Below are positions 30,788 to 43,570 of a stretch of DNA of 64,000 bases, piece after piece. Source of the DNA: Alphaproteobacteria bacterium MarineAlpha6_Bin4 (GTDB taxonomy: Bacteria; Pseudomonadota; Alphaproteobacteria; GCA-002720895); NCBI GenBank assembly GCA_002937775.1, contig PTKO01000001.1, forward strand, positions 1,294 to 65,293, in the 5' to 3' direction. The notes below the pieces were generated by a model. The model did not search any database. It had not been told where the DNA came from and worked only from the letters and a program-made list of their open reading frames with translations. The position numbers and the translations under genes are program-made. Each line of letters opens with the position of its first letter. The first letter of the stretch is position 1.

Positions 30788-30979
30788 TTAATCAAAAACA
30801 ACATATTCTAAAAACATTAGAATTCCAAAGAAAATAATTGCAAAAACTAATTTTGGTTTATTTCTTAAAAATTTAACTTTGGATTGCACTATCCAACCTG
30901 CAATTGTAATTAAACCAACAAAAGCAATTAAGATGATCATCCAGATCATTTTTGCACTAATGTATTCTAACCAAGTCAT
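30788..30979 (-). CDS. Hypothetical small membrane protein (two predicted TM helices)
   Basis: 63 aa ORF beginning 6 nt after the tmRNA 3' terminal hairpin; hydrophobic composition; no recognisable family, could be spurious. Confidence 0.3.
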   Translation of the reverse strand: MTWLEYISAKMIWMIILIAFVGLITIAGWIVQSKVKFLRNKPKLVFAIIFFGILMFLEYVVFD

Positions 30980-30984
30980 AGTTA

Positions 30985-31245
30985 TATGGGGCGTTCTGTT
31001 GCCCGGTGCCCCAAACCGCGCTTTCCAAAAACTTAGGCAGCGATAGCTAATTTATCGTTAGCAATTATAAATAGCCCGATAACGGTGGTACAATGCCGAG
31101 TAAAATTCATATCTATCAATAGCCGTCGATCCTATATCGCCCCCATGATTCTTATTAATTTAATGGTGGAGGCGCCGGGTACTGCCCCCGGGTCCGTTCC
31201 ATATCATAACATGACATTTATTACCATAGTTGGTTGCCCAACAAT
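30985..31245 (-). ncRNA. ssrA: tmRNA (ssrA), circularly permuted two-piece form typical of Alphaproteobacteria
   Basis: Minus strand: acceptor piece ends ...CGCCUCCACCA (CCA at + coordinate 31164). A 19-nt intervening segment follows, then the coding piece begins GGGGGCG, pairing with CGCCUCC to form the acceptor stem. Downstream is a tag ORF GCU AAC GAU AAA UUA GCU AUC GCU GCC UAA (ANDKLAIAA*) and a terminal GGGGC...GCCCC hairpin. GC-rich island; the 5' boundary is approximate. Confidence 0.7.
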
Positions 31246-31319
31246 ATAAATATAGTAAATTATTTTAATATTAAAAAGGGTTCTATTTATCTTTAAAAAA
31301 TAATATTATAAAATCAGTA

Positions 31320-32258
31320 ATGTCTGAAAAAAAAAAAGAATTAAATGAAATAAAAAACTTAAGATCTAAGCCAAAAAAAACACTAAGAGTTACATCAGCT
31401 TCTCTTGAGAGCATTATTTATAAGCCATTTAAAGTTTTAGACCATGGTTTTATTAGAGTAATTGACTATATGGGTGACGATTCAGCGATAGTTCAATCAG
31501 CACGAGTTTCTTATGGCGAGGGAACTAAAAAAGTTTCAAATGATAGCGGATTAATAAGATACTTAATGAAAAATTGGCATACCACACCATTTGAAATGTG
31601 TGAGATTAAACTTCATATAAAATTACCAATTTTTATAGCAAGACAATGGATAAGACATAGAACAGCAAATGTAAACGAATATTCCGCAAGGTATTCAATT
31701 TTAGATAAAGAATTTTACATACCAAAAGCTCAAAACATGTCTAGTCAATCTAAAACTAATAAGCAAGGAAGAGAAGGAAGTTTATCTAAAAAAGATACAA
31801 AAAAATTTTTAGAAATTCTGAAAGATGATGCCGAAAGAAACTATAAGCATTATGAGGATATGTTAAATGAAAAACAAAATGGTGAGATAAAGAACGAAAA
31901 TAAAAAAGGTTTAAGTAGAGAATTAGCAAGAATAAATCTTACTCTTAATACTTATACTCAATGGTACTGGAAAATTGATCTTCACAACCTTTTACACTTT
32001 TTGTATTTAAGAGAGGACACTCATGCACAATATGAAATTCAAGCGTATGCAGAAATTATTTTAAATAAAATAGTTAAAAGATGGGTGCCACATACATACA
32101 ATGCTTTTAAAGAGTTTCAATTAGAAAGTTTTAACCTATCTAGAACTGCAACAGAAATTATAAAACAAAGATTAAAAGGTAAAAAAATTAGTTATGAGAA
32201 AAGTGGTTTAAATAAGAGAGAATGGAATGAATTGACAAGAAGATTTGGAATAAAATAA
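31320..32258 (+). CDS. thyX: Flavin-dependent thymidylate synthase
   Basis: 312 aa; ThyX signature RHR..S....S.R ([20 protein letters not shown]). Confidence 0.9.
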   Translation: MSEKKKELNEIKNLRSKPKKTLRVTSASLESIIYKPFKVLDHGFIRVIDYMGDDSAIVQSARVSYGEGTKKVSNDSGLIRYLMKNWHTTPFEMCEIKLHIKLPIFIARQWIRHRTANVNEYSARYSILDKEFYIPKAQNMSSQSKTNKQGREGSLSKKDTKKFLEILKDDAERNYKHYEDMLNEKQNGEIKNENKKGLSRELARINLTLNTYTQWYWKIDLHNLLHFLYLREDTHAQYEIQAYAEIILNKIVKRWVPHTYNAFKEFQLESFNLSRTATEIIKQRLKGKKISYEKSGLNKREWNELTRRFGIK

Positions 32259-33029
32259 CTACTTAATTTTTTTTTCTATTATTTTAGCAATTTCTATAAT
32301 TTTTTTTCCAGTATTTGTTTCATTATTTTCTATTAAATAAGGGACCCCTTTGTCGCTATTAACACTAATAGATTTATCAATAGGAATTTCACCTAGAAAG
32401 CTTATAGAATTTTCTTTAGCAGATTTTTCAACCGCACCTTTACCAAAAATATCTATTACCTCTCCTGACTTTGTTTTTAAATAACTCATATTTTCAATAA
32501 TTCCCAAAATAGGGACATTTAATTTTTTAAACATATTTATTCCTTTTATTGCATCAATCAAAGCTAATTCTTGAGGAGTAGAAACAATAACTACGCCGGA
32601 TATTTTTAATTTTTGACATAAAGTTAATTGGACATCACCAGTTCCTGGTGGAAGGTCAATTATAAGAGTATCAACTCCATTCCAAACAACGCCATTTAAC
32701 ATTTGTTTTAAAGCTTTTATTATCATTGGGCCTCTCCAAATTACAGGTGTTTGTTGATCAATCAAGAATCCTATAGACATACATTTCATATTATATTTAT
32801 CTATAGGTATAAACCTTTTATCCTCTGAAATACTAGGTTTTTTAGTAATTCCAAGCATTTTTGGCATGGAAGGTCCATAAATATCGGCGTCTAAAATTCC
32901 AACATTGTGATGAAGTTGATTAAACGCTGTGGCTAAATTTATTGCAGTTGTAGATTTGCCTACACCTCCTTTAGCTGAAGCTACAAGTATTACTTTTTTT
33001 ACACCATCTAAATGATAAATTCCGTTCAT
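32259..33029 (-). CDS. apbC: Mrp/ApbC/NBP35-family Fe-S cluster carrier ATPase
   Basis: 256 aa; deviant Walker A ASAKGGVGKSTTA, ParA/MinD fold, CxxC-like C-terminal region; stop abuts thyX stop (convergent, 0-nt gap). Confidence 0.85.
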   Translation of the reverse strand: MNGIYHLDGVKKVILVASAKGGVGKSTTAINLATAFNQLHHNVGILDADIYGPSMPKMLGITKKPSISEDKRFIPIDKYNMKCMSIGFLIDQQTPVIWRGPMIIKALKQMLNGVVWNGVDTLIIDLPPGTGDVQLTLCQKLKISGVVIVSTPQELALIDAIKGINMFKKLNVPILGIIENMSYLKTKSGEVIDIFGKGAVEKSAKENSISFLGEIPIDKSISVNSDKGVPYLIENNETNTGKKIIEIAKIIEKKIK

Positions 33030-33115
33030 TTTTTTTTTTAAAAAAATATAGTATTATATATAGACTTTTTCTTCATCTATAATATATATATCAATTTAGA
33101 GTAATGTAAATTTAT

Positions 33116-34252
33116 ATGCCGTGGAAAGAAAATAATAACGAAGAGGGCCCTTGGGGTGAACCAGGGGAAAAACCATCTAATAATTCAAAAAAAAAGAATG
33201 ATGGCTTCAACATAGATAATTTATTAAATGAATTTTTTAATAAAATTAAAAAAATCTTTGGTGGCGGCAATTCTAATAATAAAAAAAGCTTCTTTAGTGC
33301 AATTTTAATTTTTTTAGCTATATGGCTTTTATCAGGTTTTTACAAAGTTAATGCAAATGAACAAGGTGTTGTTTTGAGATTTGGTGAATGGGTTAGAACA
33401 ACACAACCAGGGCTTCATTACCACTTGCCTTATCCAATTGAAATTGCCAAAACCCCAAAGGTAACTAAAGTTAATAAGACTGAAATAGGATTTAGAACTT
33501 TTAGAGAGTCTAAAAGACTACTTTCAGAGGAAAGCTTAATGTTAACTGGAGATGAAAATATAGTTGATATTAACTTTTCTGTTTTCTGGGTTATTAAGGA
33601 TGCTGGTAAATATTTATTCAATTTAAGAAGTCCAGAGAATTCAATAAAATCTGTTTCTGAAAGCGTTATGAGAGAAGTTATCGGAAACAGTTTGATAGCC
33701 TCTGTTTTAGCTGAAGGAAGGAAAGATATAGAAGTAAAATCTATCGAAACAATACAAGAAGTATTAGACAATTATGGATCTGGAGTTAAAATTACCCAGC
33801 TTCAACTTCAAAAAGTTGACCCACCTGATCAAGTAATTGACTCATTTAGAGATGTTCAAAGAGCAAGAGCAGATAAAGAAAAATCTATTAATGAAGCTAT
33901 AGCTTATAAGAATGATATAATTCCAAAGGCAAGAGGAGAGGCAGCTAAAATTATACAAGAGTCAGAGGCCTATAAAAAAGAAGTAGTTGCAAGATCAGAA
34001 GGTGATGCGAATAGGTTTAATTCAATTCTAAAATCTTATAAAAATAATGAGGATGTTACAAAAAATAGAATATATTTGGAAACTTTAGAAGAAATACTTC
34101 AAAATGCTAATAAAGTGATTATTGATACAAAACAGGGTTCCGGAGTTCTTCCGTATTTGCCTTTACCTGAAATAAAAAAAAGAAAAAAAAAAGAAGAAGA
34201 AAAGGAAAATAATAACGTTATAAATCAGGGAGAGAATCAAAATGCTCAATAA
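33116..34252 (+). CDS. hflK: Protease modulator HflK (SPFH/band-7 family)
   Basis: 378 aa; N-terminal cytoplasmic low-complexity, TM helix, SPFH domain, C-terminal coiled-coil; followed by hflC. Confidence 0.9.
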   Translation: MPWKENNNEEGPWGEPGEKPSNNSKKKNDGFNIDNLLNEFFNKIKKIFGGGNSNNKKSFFSAILIFLAIWLLSGFYKVNANEQGVVLRFGEWVRTTQPGLHYHLPYPIEIAKTPKVTKVNKTEIGFRTFRESKRLLSEESLMLTGDENIVDINFSVFWVIKDAGKYLFNLRSPENSIKSVSESVMREVIGNSLIASVLAEGRKDIEVKSIETIQEVLDNYGSGVKITQLQLQKVDPPDQVIDSFRDVQRARADKEKSINEAIAYKNDIIPKARGEAAKIIQESEAYKKEVVARSEGDANRFNSILKSYKNNEDVTKNRIYLETLEEILQNANKVIIDTKQGSGVLPYLPLPEIKKRKKKEEEKENNNVINQGENQNAQ

Positions 34253-35105
34253 AAAACTTTTAATATCTATCATTTTGTTTTTTTTAGTAATTTTTTTTAG
34301 CGCTTTATTTATAGTTAAACAAACAGAACAGGCATTAGTTTTGCAATTTGGTGATCCTATTAAAGTTATAAAAAAACCAGGTTTAAAAATTAAAATTCCT
34401 TTAATCCAAAATGCAATATTTTATGATACGAGAGTTTTAGACTTTGATGCAGAAGTAGAAGAAGTAATTTTGTCTGATCAAAAAAGACTCTTGGTAGATG
34501 CGTTTATAAGATATAAAATTGTGGATCCTTTAAAATTTTATCAATCAGTAATTAATGAATCTGGATTTAAAGCAAGAGTTGGTGGTATTTTATCTGGTAG
34601 TTTAAGAAGAGTTCTGGGAAGTGATCCTTTAGAAGTGGTGTTATCACAAGATAGGGGAGAATTAATGGAAAGAATTCAAACCGATATAGATAAAGAAGCA
34701 TTTAATTTTGGTGTAAAAATGGTAGATGTTAGAATAAAAAGAGCTGATTTACCTAAAGCAAACAGCGAAGCAATTTTTGCAAGAATGAGAGCTGAAAGAG
34801 AAAAAGAAGCTAGACAATTCAGAGCGGAAGGATCTGAAGAAAGTCAAAGAATAAAATCAAAAGCTGAAAAAGAAAAGGCTGTTATTATAGCTGAAGCAAA
34901 TAAAGAAGCTCAAACAATCAGAGGAGAGGGAGATGGAGAATCCGTAAGAATTTATGCTGAAACCTTTAAAAAAGATGAAGAATTTTTCTCATTTTATAGA
35001 TCTATGGAAGCATACAAAAAGGCCTTTAAAGATGGTGATGATTCTTTAATTTTATCGCCTGATAGTGATTTTTTTAAATATTTTGATAGTAAAACTGGAA
35101 ACTAA
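34242..35105 (+). CDS. hflC: Protease modulator HflC (SPFH/band-7 family)
   Basis: 287 aa; signal-anchor + SPFH domain; overlaps hflK by 11 nt. Confidence 0.9.
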   Translation: MLNKKLLISIILFFLVIFFSALFIVKQTEQALVLQFGDPIKVIKKPGLKIKIPLIQNAIFYDTRVLDFDAEVEEVILSDQKRLLVDAFIRYKIVDPLKFYQSVINESGFKARVGGILSGSLRRVLGSDPLEVVLSQDRGELMERIQTDIDKEAFNFGVKMVDVRIKRADLPKANSEAIFARMRAEREKEARQFRAEGSEESQRIKSKAEKEKAVIIAEANKEAQTIRGEGDGESVRIYAETFKKDEEFFSFYRSMEAYKKAFKDGDDSLILSPDSDFFKYFDSKTGN

Positions 35106-35111
35106 AATCTT

Positions 35112-36578
35112 ATGAAGATATTAATTAAAAGAATTATTTTCTTTAGTTTATTAATAATAATTTTTTTCAATGCACCTACAACTAATTCTAAAGGTATTCC
35201 AGAAACTTTTTCAAATTTGGCAGATGAGTTACTACCCGGAGTTGTAAATATATCGACAACACAGATAATAGAAAATAAATATAACAATTATCCCCAATTT
35301 CAATGGCCCCCAGGCTCACCTTTTGAAGATATGTTTAGAGATTTTTTTGAAGATAAAAATAATAATACACCTAAAAAAAGAAAAGCGACATCTTTAGGAT
35401 CTGGTTTTGTAATTGATGAGTCTGGTTTTATTGTTACTAACAATCATGTGATTGGAGAAGCAGATGAAATTGAAGTTGTTTTCCAAGATGAAACAAGATT
35501 AGAAGCTGAATTAGTTGGAAGAGACCCAAAAGTAGATATTGCTGTTTTAAAAGTTAAACCAAAAAAAAAAATTAAAGCTTTAAAATGGGGAGACTCTTCT
35601 AAATCTAAGGTAGGCGATTGGGTTCTTGCTATTGGAAACCCTTTTGGTTTAGGCGGTACAGTTACAGCAGGTATAATTTCTGCTAAATCAAGAGATATAG
35701 GCATGGGACAATACGATAGCTTTATACAAACCGATGCTTCGATCAATAAAGGTAATTCTGGAGGCCCAATGTTTAATATGGATGGCGAGGTAATAGGAAT
35801 AAATAGCGCTATTTTTTCACCATCAGGAGGAAGTGTTGGAATTGGTTTTGCTATACCTTCAACAATGGCTATAGATGTAATTAATCAATTAAAAAAATTT
35901 GGTAAAACTAGTAGAGGATGGCTGGGTGTTAGAATTCAAACTGTCACAGAGGAAATTGCAGAGGCCTATGGTTTAGATAAACCTAGTGGAGCACTTGTTG
36001 CAAGCGTTGAAAATAACAGTCCAAGTTTTAAAGCAGGAGTTAAACCAGGAGATATAATTTTAAAATTTGACGGCAAAGATATTAAAAATGATAGAGACCT
36101 TCCAAGAGTTGTAGCTGCAACAAAAGTTGGTAAAAATGTAGAATTAGAAATTTGGAGAGGAAATAGGATTCTAAATTTAAAAGTTAAATTAGGCGAATTA
36201 GAGACCTTTGAAAAAAAACTCAAAGCTAACGTTGAAGATGAACAAAAAACAAATGAGCTTAAAGAATATGGAATTCAATTAACAAAACTTACACCAAATT
36301 TAAGAAACAGATTTGGTATATCAAAAGATATTAAAGGAGTTCTAGTTTTAAATGTTGATAGAAATAGCATTGCTTTTGCTAGAGGTTTAAAATCAGGAGA
36401 TGTGATTGTTTCTATTGTTGACAACTATGCCACACAGTCACACAAAAATGTTTCGGATCCAAAAGATATTGTTAATAAAATTGATAAATTAAAAAAAAAT
36501 AAAAAGAAAATTCTTTTATTATATGTTAAACATTTAAAAAGTAGTCTTGGGTATGTTCCATTAAAAATAGATGATTAA
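35112..36578 (+). CDS. degP: Periplasmic serine endoprotease DegP/DegQ (HtrA family, two PDZ domains)
   Basis: 488 aa; signal peptide, trypsin-like catalytic triad context (NNHVI, D, GNSGGP), two PDZ domains; classic hflKC-degP neighbourhood. Confidence 0.9.
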   Translation: MKILIKRIIFFSLLIIIFFNAPTTNSKGIPETFSNLADELLPGVVNISTTQIIENKYNNYPQFQWPPGSPFEDMFRDFFEDKNNNTPKKRKATSLGSGFVIDESGFIVTNNHVIGEADEIEVVFQDETRLEAELVGRDPKVDIAVLKVKPKKKIKALKWGDSSKSKVGDWVLAIGNPFGLGGTVTAGIISAKSRDIGMGQYDSFIQTDASINKGNSGGPMFNMDGEVIGINSAIFSPSGGSVGIGFAIPSTMAIDVINQLKKFGKTSRGWLGVRIQTVTEEIAEAYGLDKPSGALVASVENNSPSFKAGVKPGDIILKFDGKDIKNDRDLPRVVAATKVGKNVELEIWRGNRILNLKVKLGELETFEKKLKANVEDEQKTNELKEYGIQLTKLTPNLRNRFGISKDIKGVLVLNVDRNSIAFARGLKSGDVIVSIVDNYATQSHKNVSDPKDIVNKIDKLKKNKKKILLLYVKHLKSSLGYVPLKIDD

Positions 36579-36598
36579 ATAATTATCTTAGTTTCATT

Positions 36599-37564
36599 TT
36601 GTTAAAAGAAAATAAAGACAACAAATCTAAAATATTAGTTATAGCAGGCCCAACAGCAACTGGTAAGTCATCCTTGGCATTCGATATAGCTAAAGAAAAT
36701 AACGGTGTAATTATTAATGCTGATAGCCAACAAATATATAAAGAATTGCCAATATTATCTTCACAACCAAATAAAAAGTACACTGATAAAATTTCTCATA
36801 AATTGTTTAACTTTTTAGATTTTTATAATTGTTTTTCCGTCAATCAATGGTTTCAGTTAGTTGATAAAGAAATTAAACAAGCAAGAAAAAGAAATAAATT
36901 GCCGATTATTGTAGGTGGAACAGGAATGTATTTAAATACTCTTTTAAAAGGTTTAAAAATATTTCCAAAAATACCAGAAAATATAAGAAGTAAAGGGAAA
37001 AAATTATTAGAAAAAATTGGTACAAATAATTTTTTTAAAGAACTAGAAAAAAAAAATAAAACTTGCGTGTATAAAATAAATCCAAATGATAAAATTAGAC
37101 TTTTAAGATCATGGGAAATATTTGAAGTTTCAAATAAATCTATTTATGAAATTAATAAAAAAGAAAATACTAAAAAATTAGACCATTATATTATAAAAAA
37201 AATATTAATTTTTCCACCAAGAAACAAAGTTTATATGAATTGTAAGAAAAGATGGAATTCAATGATAAAATTAGGGGCAATTAAAGAAGTTGAGCTACTA
37301 ATTAAGAAAGAAAATAAAATTAATAAAAAAAATTTTATTAAAACCATTGGATACAAAGAATTAAAAAACTTTTTATTAAAAAAAAATAATTTCGATATAA
37401 CATCTGAGATTGCATTGAAAGCTACGAGAAATTATGCTAAAAGACAGTACACTTGGTTTAGAAACCAATTTTCAGCTAACATAATTTTTAAAAGCATATA
37501 TGATGAAAAAACAAAAAAATTTTTTTTAAAAGAAATACAAGACAAGTTGTTGACCAATCAATAA
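36599..37564 (+). CDS. miaA: tRNA dimethylallyltransferase
   Basis: 321 aa; P-loop GPTATGKSS, DSQQIYK, IVGGTGMY motifs. Confidence 0.88.
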   Translation: MLKENKDNKSKILVIAGPTATGKSSLAFDIAKENNGVIINADSQQIYKELPILSSQPNKKYTDKISHKLFNFLDFYNCFSVNQWFQLVDKEIKQARKRNKLPIIVGGTGMYLNTLLKGLKIFPKIPENIRSKGKKLLEKIGTNNFFKELEKKNKTCVYKINPNDKIRLLRSWEIFEVSNKSIYEINKKENTKKLDHYIIKKILIFPPRNKVYMNCKKRWNSMIKLGAIKEVELLIKKENKINKKNFIKTIGYKELKNFLLKKNNFDITSEIALKATRNYAKRQYTWFRNQFSANIIFKSIYDEKTKKFFLKEIQDKLLTNQ

Positions 37565-37585
37565 ATCATAATTAGATTTAATTAT

Positions 37586-39334
37586 ATGAATGGAGCTAAA
37601 ATAGTCTTAAAAACATTAGTAGATCAGGGTGTCGATATAATATTTGGATATCCTGGGGGTGCTACATTACCAATTTACGACGAACTTTTTAAACAAAATA
37701 AGTTAAAGCATATTTTGGTAAGACATGAACAGGGCGCAGTTCATGCAGCAGAGGGATATGCAAGATCAAGTGGCAAAGTTGGTGTAGTTTGCGTAACATC
37801 AGGTCCGGGAGCAACTAATTGTGTAACAGGTTTAGCTGATGCTTATATGGATAGTATCCCTATAATCTGTTTAACTGGTCAAGTACCAACTAAATTAATA
37901 GGGAACGATGCATTTCAAGAAGCTGACACTACAGGGATTACAAGGCCTGTTACAAAACATAATTATTTAGTTAAGAACGTTAAAGATTTAGAAAAAATAA
38001 TTCACGAAGCCTTTGCTGTTGCTAAATCAGGAAGACCAGGTCCCGTATTAATTGACCTACCTAAAGATGTGCTAAATGAAGAATACAACAAATATAAAGG
38101 TAAAAGTAAAATTAAAGAAATAAATTTTAAACCAACTACAAATTTAGATGCAGGTTTAACAAAAAAAGTTATTCAACTTATTTTGAAAGCAAAAAAACCA
38201 ATATTTTATTGCGGTGGCGGCGTTATTAATAGTGGAGTAGAAGCATCCAAAATTTTAACAAAATTAATTAATAAAACTAAGTTTCCTTGCACAAATACAT
38301 TAATGGGGTTGGGTTGTTTCCCTGCAATAGATAAACAATTTATTGGCATGTTGGGAATGCATGGAACTTATGAAGCTAATTTGGCAATGCATGATAGTGA
38401 TTTAATAATAGCTGTAGGGGCAAGATTTGACGACAGAGTAACTGGAAATTTATCTAAGTTTTCTCCCTATGCAAAAAAGATACATATTGATATAGATCCT
38501 TCATCAATAAATAAGAACGTAAAAGTTGACATTGCTTTAATTGGGGATGTTAAAAAAATAATAAATTCAATTTACATTGAATTAATTAAAAAAAAATCAT
38601 TATTAAAATTTAATAATATTGAAAAATGGTGGAATCAAATAAATACTTGGAAAAAGAAGAACTGTCTAGGATATAAAAAAATTAATTATCCTATAAAACC
38701 ACAGTATGCAATTCAAAGGTTGTATGAACTAACTAAGGATAAAGATTGTTTTATTACCACAGGTGTTGGACAACATCAAATGTGGGCGGCTCAATATTAT
38801 AAATTTAATAAACCAAATAGATGGATGACCTCTGGAGGATTAGGTACCATGGGATACGGCTTGCCAGCAGCAATAGGAGCGCAAATTGCTAATCCTAATA
38901 AATTAGTTGTAGATGTTGATGGAGAAGCTTCATTTTTAATGACAATGCAAGAACTATCAACTATATGCCAATATAAATTGCCAGTTAAAATTTTTATAGT
39001 TAATAACAGATGGATGGGAATGGTAAGACAATGGCAAGAATTAATACATGGTGGCAGGTATTCGGAAAGTTACACCGAATCTCTTCCTGATTTTGTAAAA
39101 TTAGCTGAGTCTTTTGGGATAATTGGTTTAAAGGCAGAAAGAAGTACGGAAGTTGATAAAGTTATAAAAGAAATGATAAAAATTAAAAAACCAGTTTTGT
39201 TAGATATGGTTGTAGATCAAAAAGAAAATTGTTTTCCAATGATACCATCAGGCGCGGCTCATAACGAAATTTTATTGGGGCCTGAGGATCAAACTGATGA
39301 AACAATAAATGAAGAGGGAATGGTTTTAGTTTAA
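37586..39334 (+). CDS. ilvB: Acetolactate synthase large subunit (ThDP-dependent)
   Basis: 582 aa; ThDP-binding motif GDG..-NN, FAD-binding region, typical N-terminal GYPGGA. Confidence 0.92.
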   Translation: MNGAKIVLKTLVDQGVDIIFGYPGGATLPIYDELFKQNKLKHILVRHEQGAVHAAEGYARSSGKVGVVCVTSGPGATNCVTGLADAYMDSIPIICLTGQVPTKLIGNDAFQEADTTGITRPVTKHNYLVKNVKDLEKIIHEAFAVAKSGRPGPVLIDLPKDVLNEEYNKYKGKSKIKEINFKPTTNLDAGLTKKVIQLILKAKKPIFYCGGGVINSGVEASKILTKLINKTKFPCTNTLMGLGCFPAIDKQFIGMLGMHGTYEANLAMHDSDLIIAVGARFDDRVTGNLSKFSPYAKKIHIDIDPSSINKNVKVDIALIGDVKKIINSIYIELIKKKSLLKFNNIEKWWNQINTWKKKNCLGYKKINYPIKPQYAIQRLYELTKDKDCFITTGVGQHQMWAAQYYKFNKPNRWMTSGGLGTMGYGLPAAIGAQIANPNKLVVDVDGEASFLMTMQELSTICQYKLPVKIFIVNNRWMGMVRQWQELIHGGRYSESYTESLPDFVKLAESFGIIGLKAERSTEVDKVIKEMIKIKKPVLLDMVVDQKENCFPMIPSGAAHNEILLGPEDQTDETINEEGMVLV

Positions 39335-39340
39335 TAAAAA

Positions 39341-40848
<1,508 letters not shown>

Positions 40849-40914
40849 ATCTTTTTTCATACCTTTTTTTATCTTTGATACTATATAATAAAAAAGTAAT
40901 TTGATTCAAATTTT

Positions 40915-42462
40915 ATGAAAAAAAATGATTATATAAAAATTTTTGACACCACTCTTAGAGATGGCGAGCAATCACCTGGCGCTTCAATGTTCATTGATGA
41001 TAAAATAAAAATAGCAAAGTCTCTTGATGCTATGGGCGTAGATATTATAGAAGCTGGATTTCCAGTTGCTTCGAAAGGTGATTTTGAATCAATTGAATTA
41101 GTTTCTAAAGAAGTTAAAAATTCTACAGTTTGTGCTCTTGCAAGAGCAAAGAAGAAAGATATAGAAGTAGCTGGGCTTTCAATATCTAAAGCAAAAAATT
41201 CAAGAATTCATACTTTTATTGCTACTAGTAAACTACATATGAAATACAAATTAAAACTAAATGAAAAACAAGTTATGGACCACATAAAATCAAGTGTTAA
41301 ATTAGCAAAAAAATACACAAGTGATGTCGAATGGTCATGCGAAGATGCTTCAAGATCAAAAAGAGATTTTTTATATAAATGTATAGAACTTGCAATAAAT
41401 TCAGGTGCAAACACTATTAATATTCCTGATACAGTCGGGTATTCTGTCCCATTTGAATTTTCTCAATTAATAAGTGATATTAAGGAAAATGTTTCAAACA
41501 TAGACAAATCAATTATTTCAGTTCATTGTCATAATGATTTAGGCCTTGCAGTTTCAAATTCAATTTTTGCAATTATTTCTGGTGCAAGACAAGTAGAATG
41601 TACAATTAATGGTTTAGGGGAGCGTGCAGGAAATGCTTCAATGGAAGAAATTGTTATGGCTTTAAAAACCAGAAATGATTTATTGCCTTTTAAGACTGGT
41701 ATACAAACTAAATTGATAACTAAAACTTCAAAATTGGTTTCTAAAATTACTGGATTTGATGTTCAACCAAATAAAGCTATTGTTGGCGCGAATGCTTTTG
41801 CTCACGAATCTGGAATACACCAAGATGGAATGTTAAAGCATTCAAATACATACGAAATAATGACACCAGAATCTGTGGGTTTAAAAGAAACAAAATTAGT
41901 TTTAGGAAAACATTCAGGCAAACATGCTTTCAGTGTTAAACTTCAAGAATTAGGATATAAAATAAGTAAAAAAAATACTGATAAAATTTTTAGTAATTTT
42001 AAAGAATTAGCGGATAGAAAAAAAGATTTATATGAAGAAGACATAATCGCATTAGTTGAAGACGAAATTATAAGAGTAAATAATCATATAAAATTTATTT
42101 CCTTAATTGTAAACTGCGGATCTGAAGGTTCTCAAAAAGCAGAATTAGAATTAGAAGTTGATGGTTTTGTGAAAAAAGTTTCATCAATTGGACAAGGACC
42201 AGTTGACGCTGTTTTTAATTGTATAAATAAACTTGTTCCAAATAAAGCTAAATTAAATTTGTACCAAGTTAACGCTATTACAAAAGGAACTGATGCTCAA
42301 GCAGAGGTTACAGTAAGATTAGAACATGAAGACAAATCTTTTGTTGGTAAAGGATCGGATATAGACACTTTAGTTGCATCTGCTAAAGCTTATTTACATT
42401 CTCTAAATAAAATATATATAAAAACTGAGAATAAATTATCAATAAAAGCGTTAAATGGTTAA
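40915..42462 (+). CDS. leuA: 2-isopropylmalate synthase (with C-terminal LeuA allosteric domain)
   Basis: 515 aa; DRE-TIM (IFDTTLRDGEQ), HCHND.G motifs, C-terminal regulatory domain. Confidence 0.92.
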   Translation: MKKNDYIKIFDTTLRDGEQSPGASMFIDDKIKIAKSLDAMGVDIIEAGFPVASKGDFESIELVSKEVKNSTVCALARAKKKDIEVAGLSISKAKNSRIHTFIATSKLHMKYKLKLNEKQVMDHIKSSVKLAKKYTSDVEWSCEDASRSKRDFLYKCIELAINSGANTINIPDTVGYSVPFEFSQLISDIKENVSNIDKSIISVHCHNDLGLAVSNSIFAIISGARQVECTINGLGERAGNASMEEIVMALKTRNDLLPFKTGIQTKLITKTSKLVSKITGFDVQPNKAIVGANAFAHESGIHQDGMLKHSNTYEIMTPESVGLKETKLVLGKHSGKHAFSVKLQELGYKISKKNTDKIFSNFKELADRKKDLYEEDIIALVEDEIIRVNNHIKFISLIVNCGSEGSQKAELELEVDGFVKKVSSIGQGPVDAVFNCINKLVPNKAKLNLYQVNAITKGTDAQAEVTVRLEHEDKSFVGKGSDIDTLVASAKAYLHSLNKIYIKTENKLSIKALNG

Positions 42463-42473
42463 TTAATAATTAA

Positions 42474-43529
<1,056 letters not shown>

Positions 43530-43570
43530 ACGTTTATTTCCTTAATTTTTTCTTATATCATTTTGTTACT

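Noticed and set aside
40849-40914. Possible leader/attenuator between ilvC and leuA
   Set aside because: Only a weak AGATCT palindrome; no leader peptide with Leu codons and no convincing terminator/antiterminator pair.
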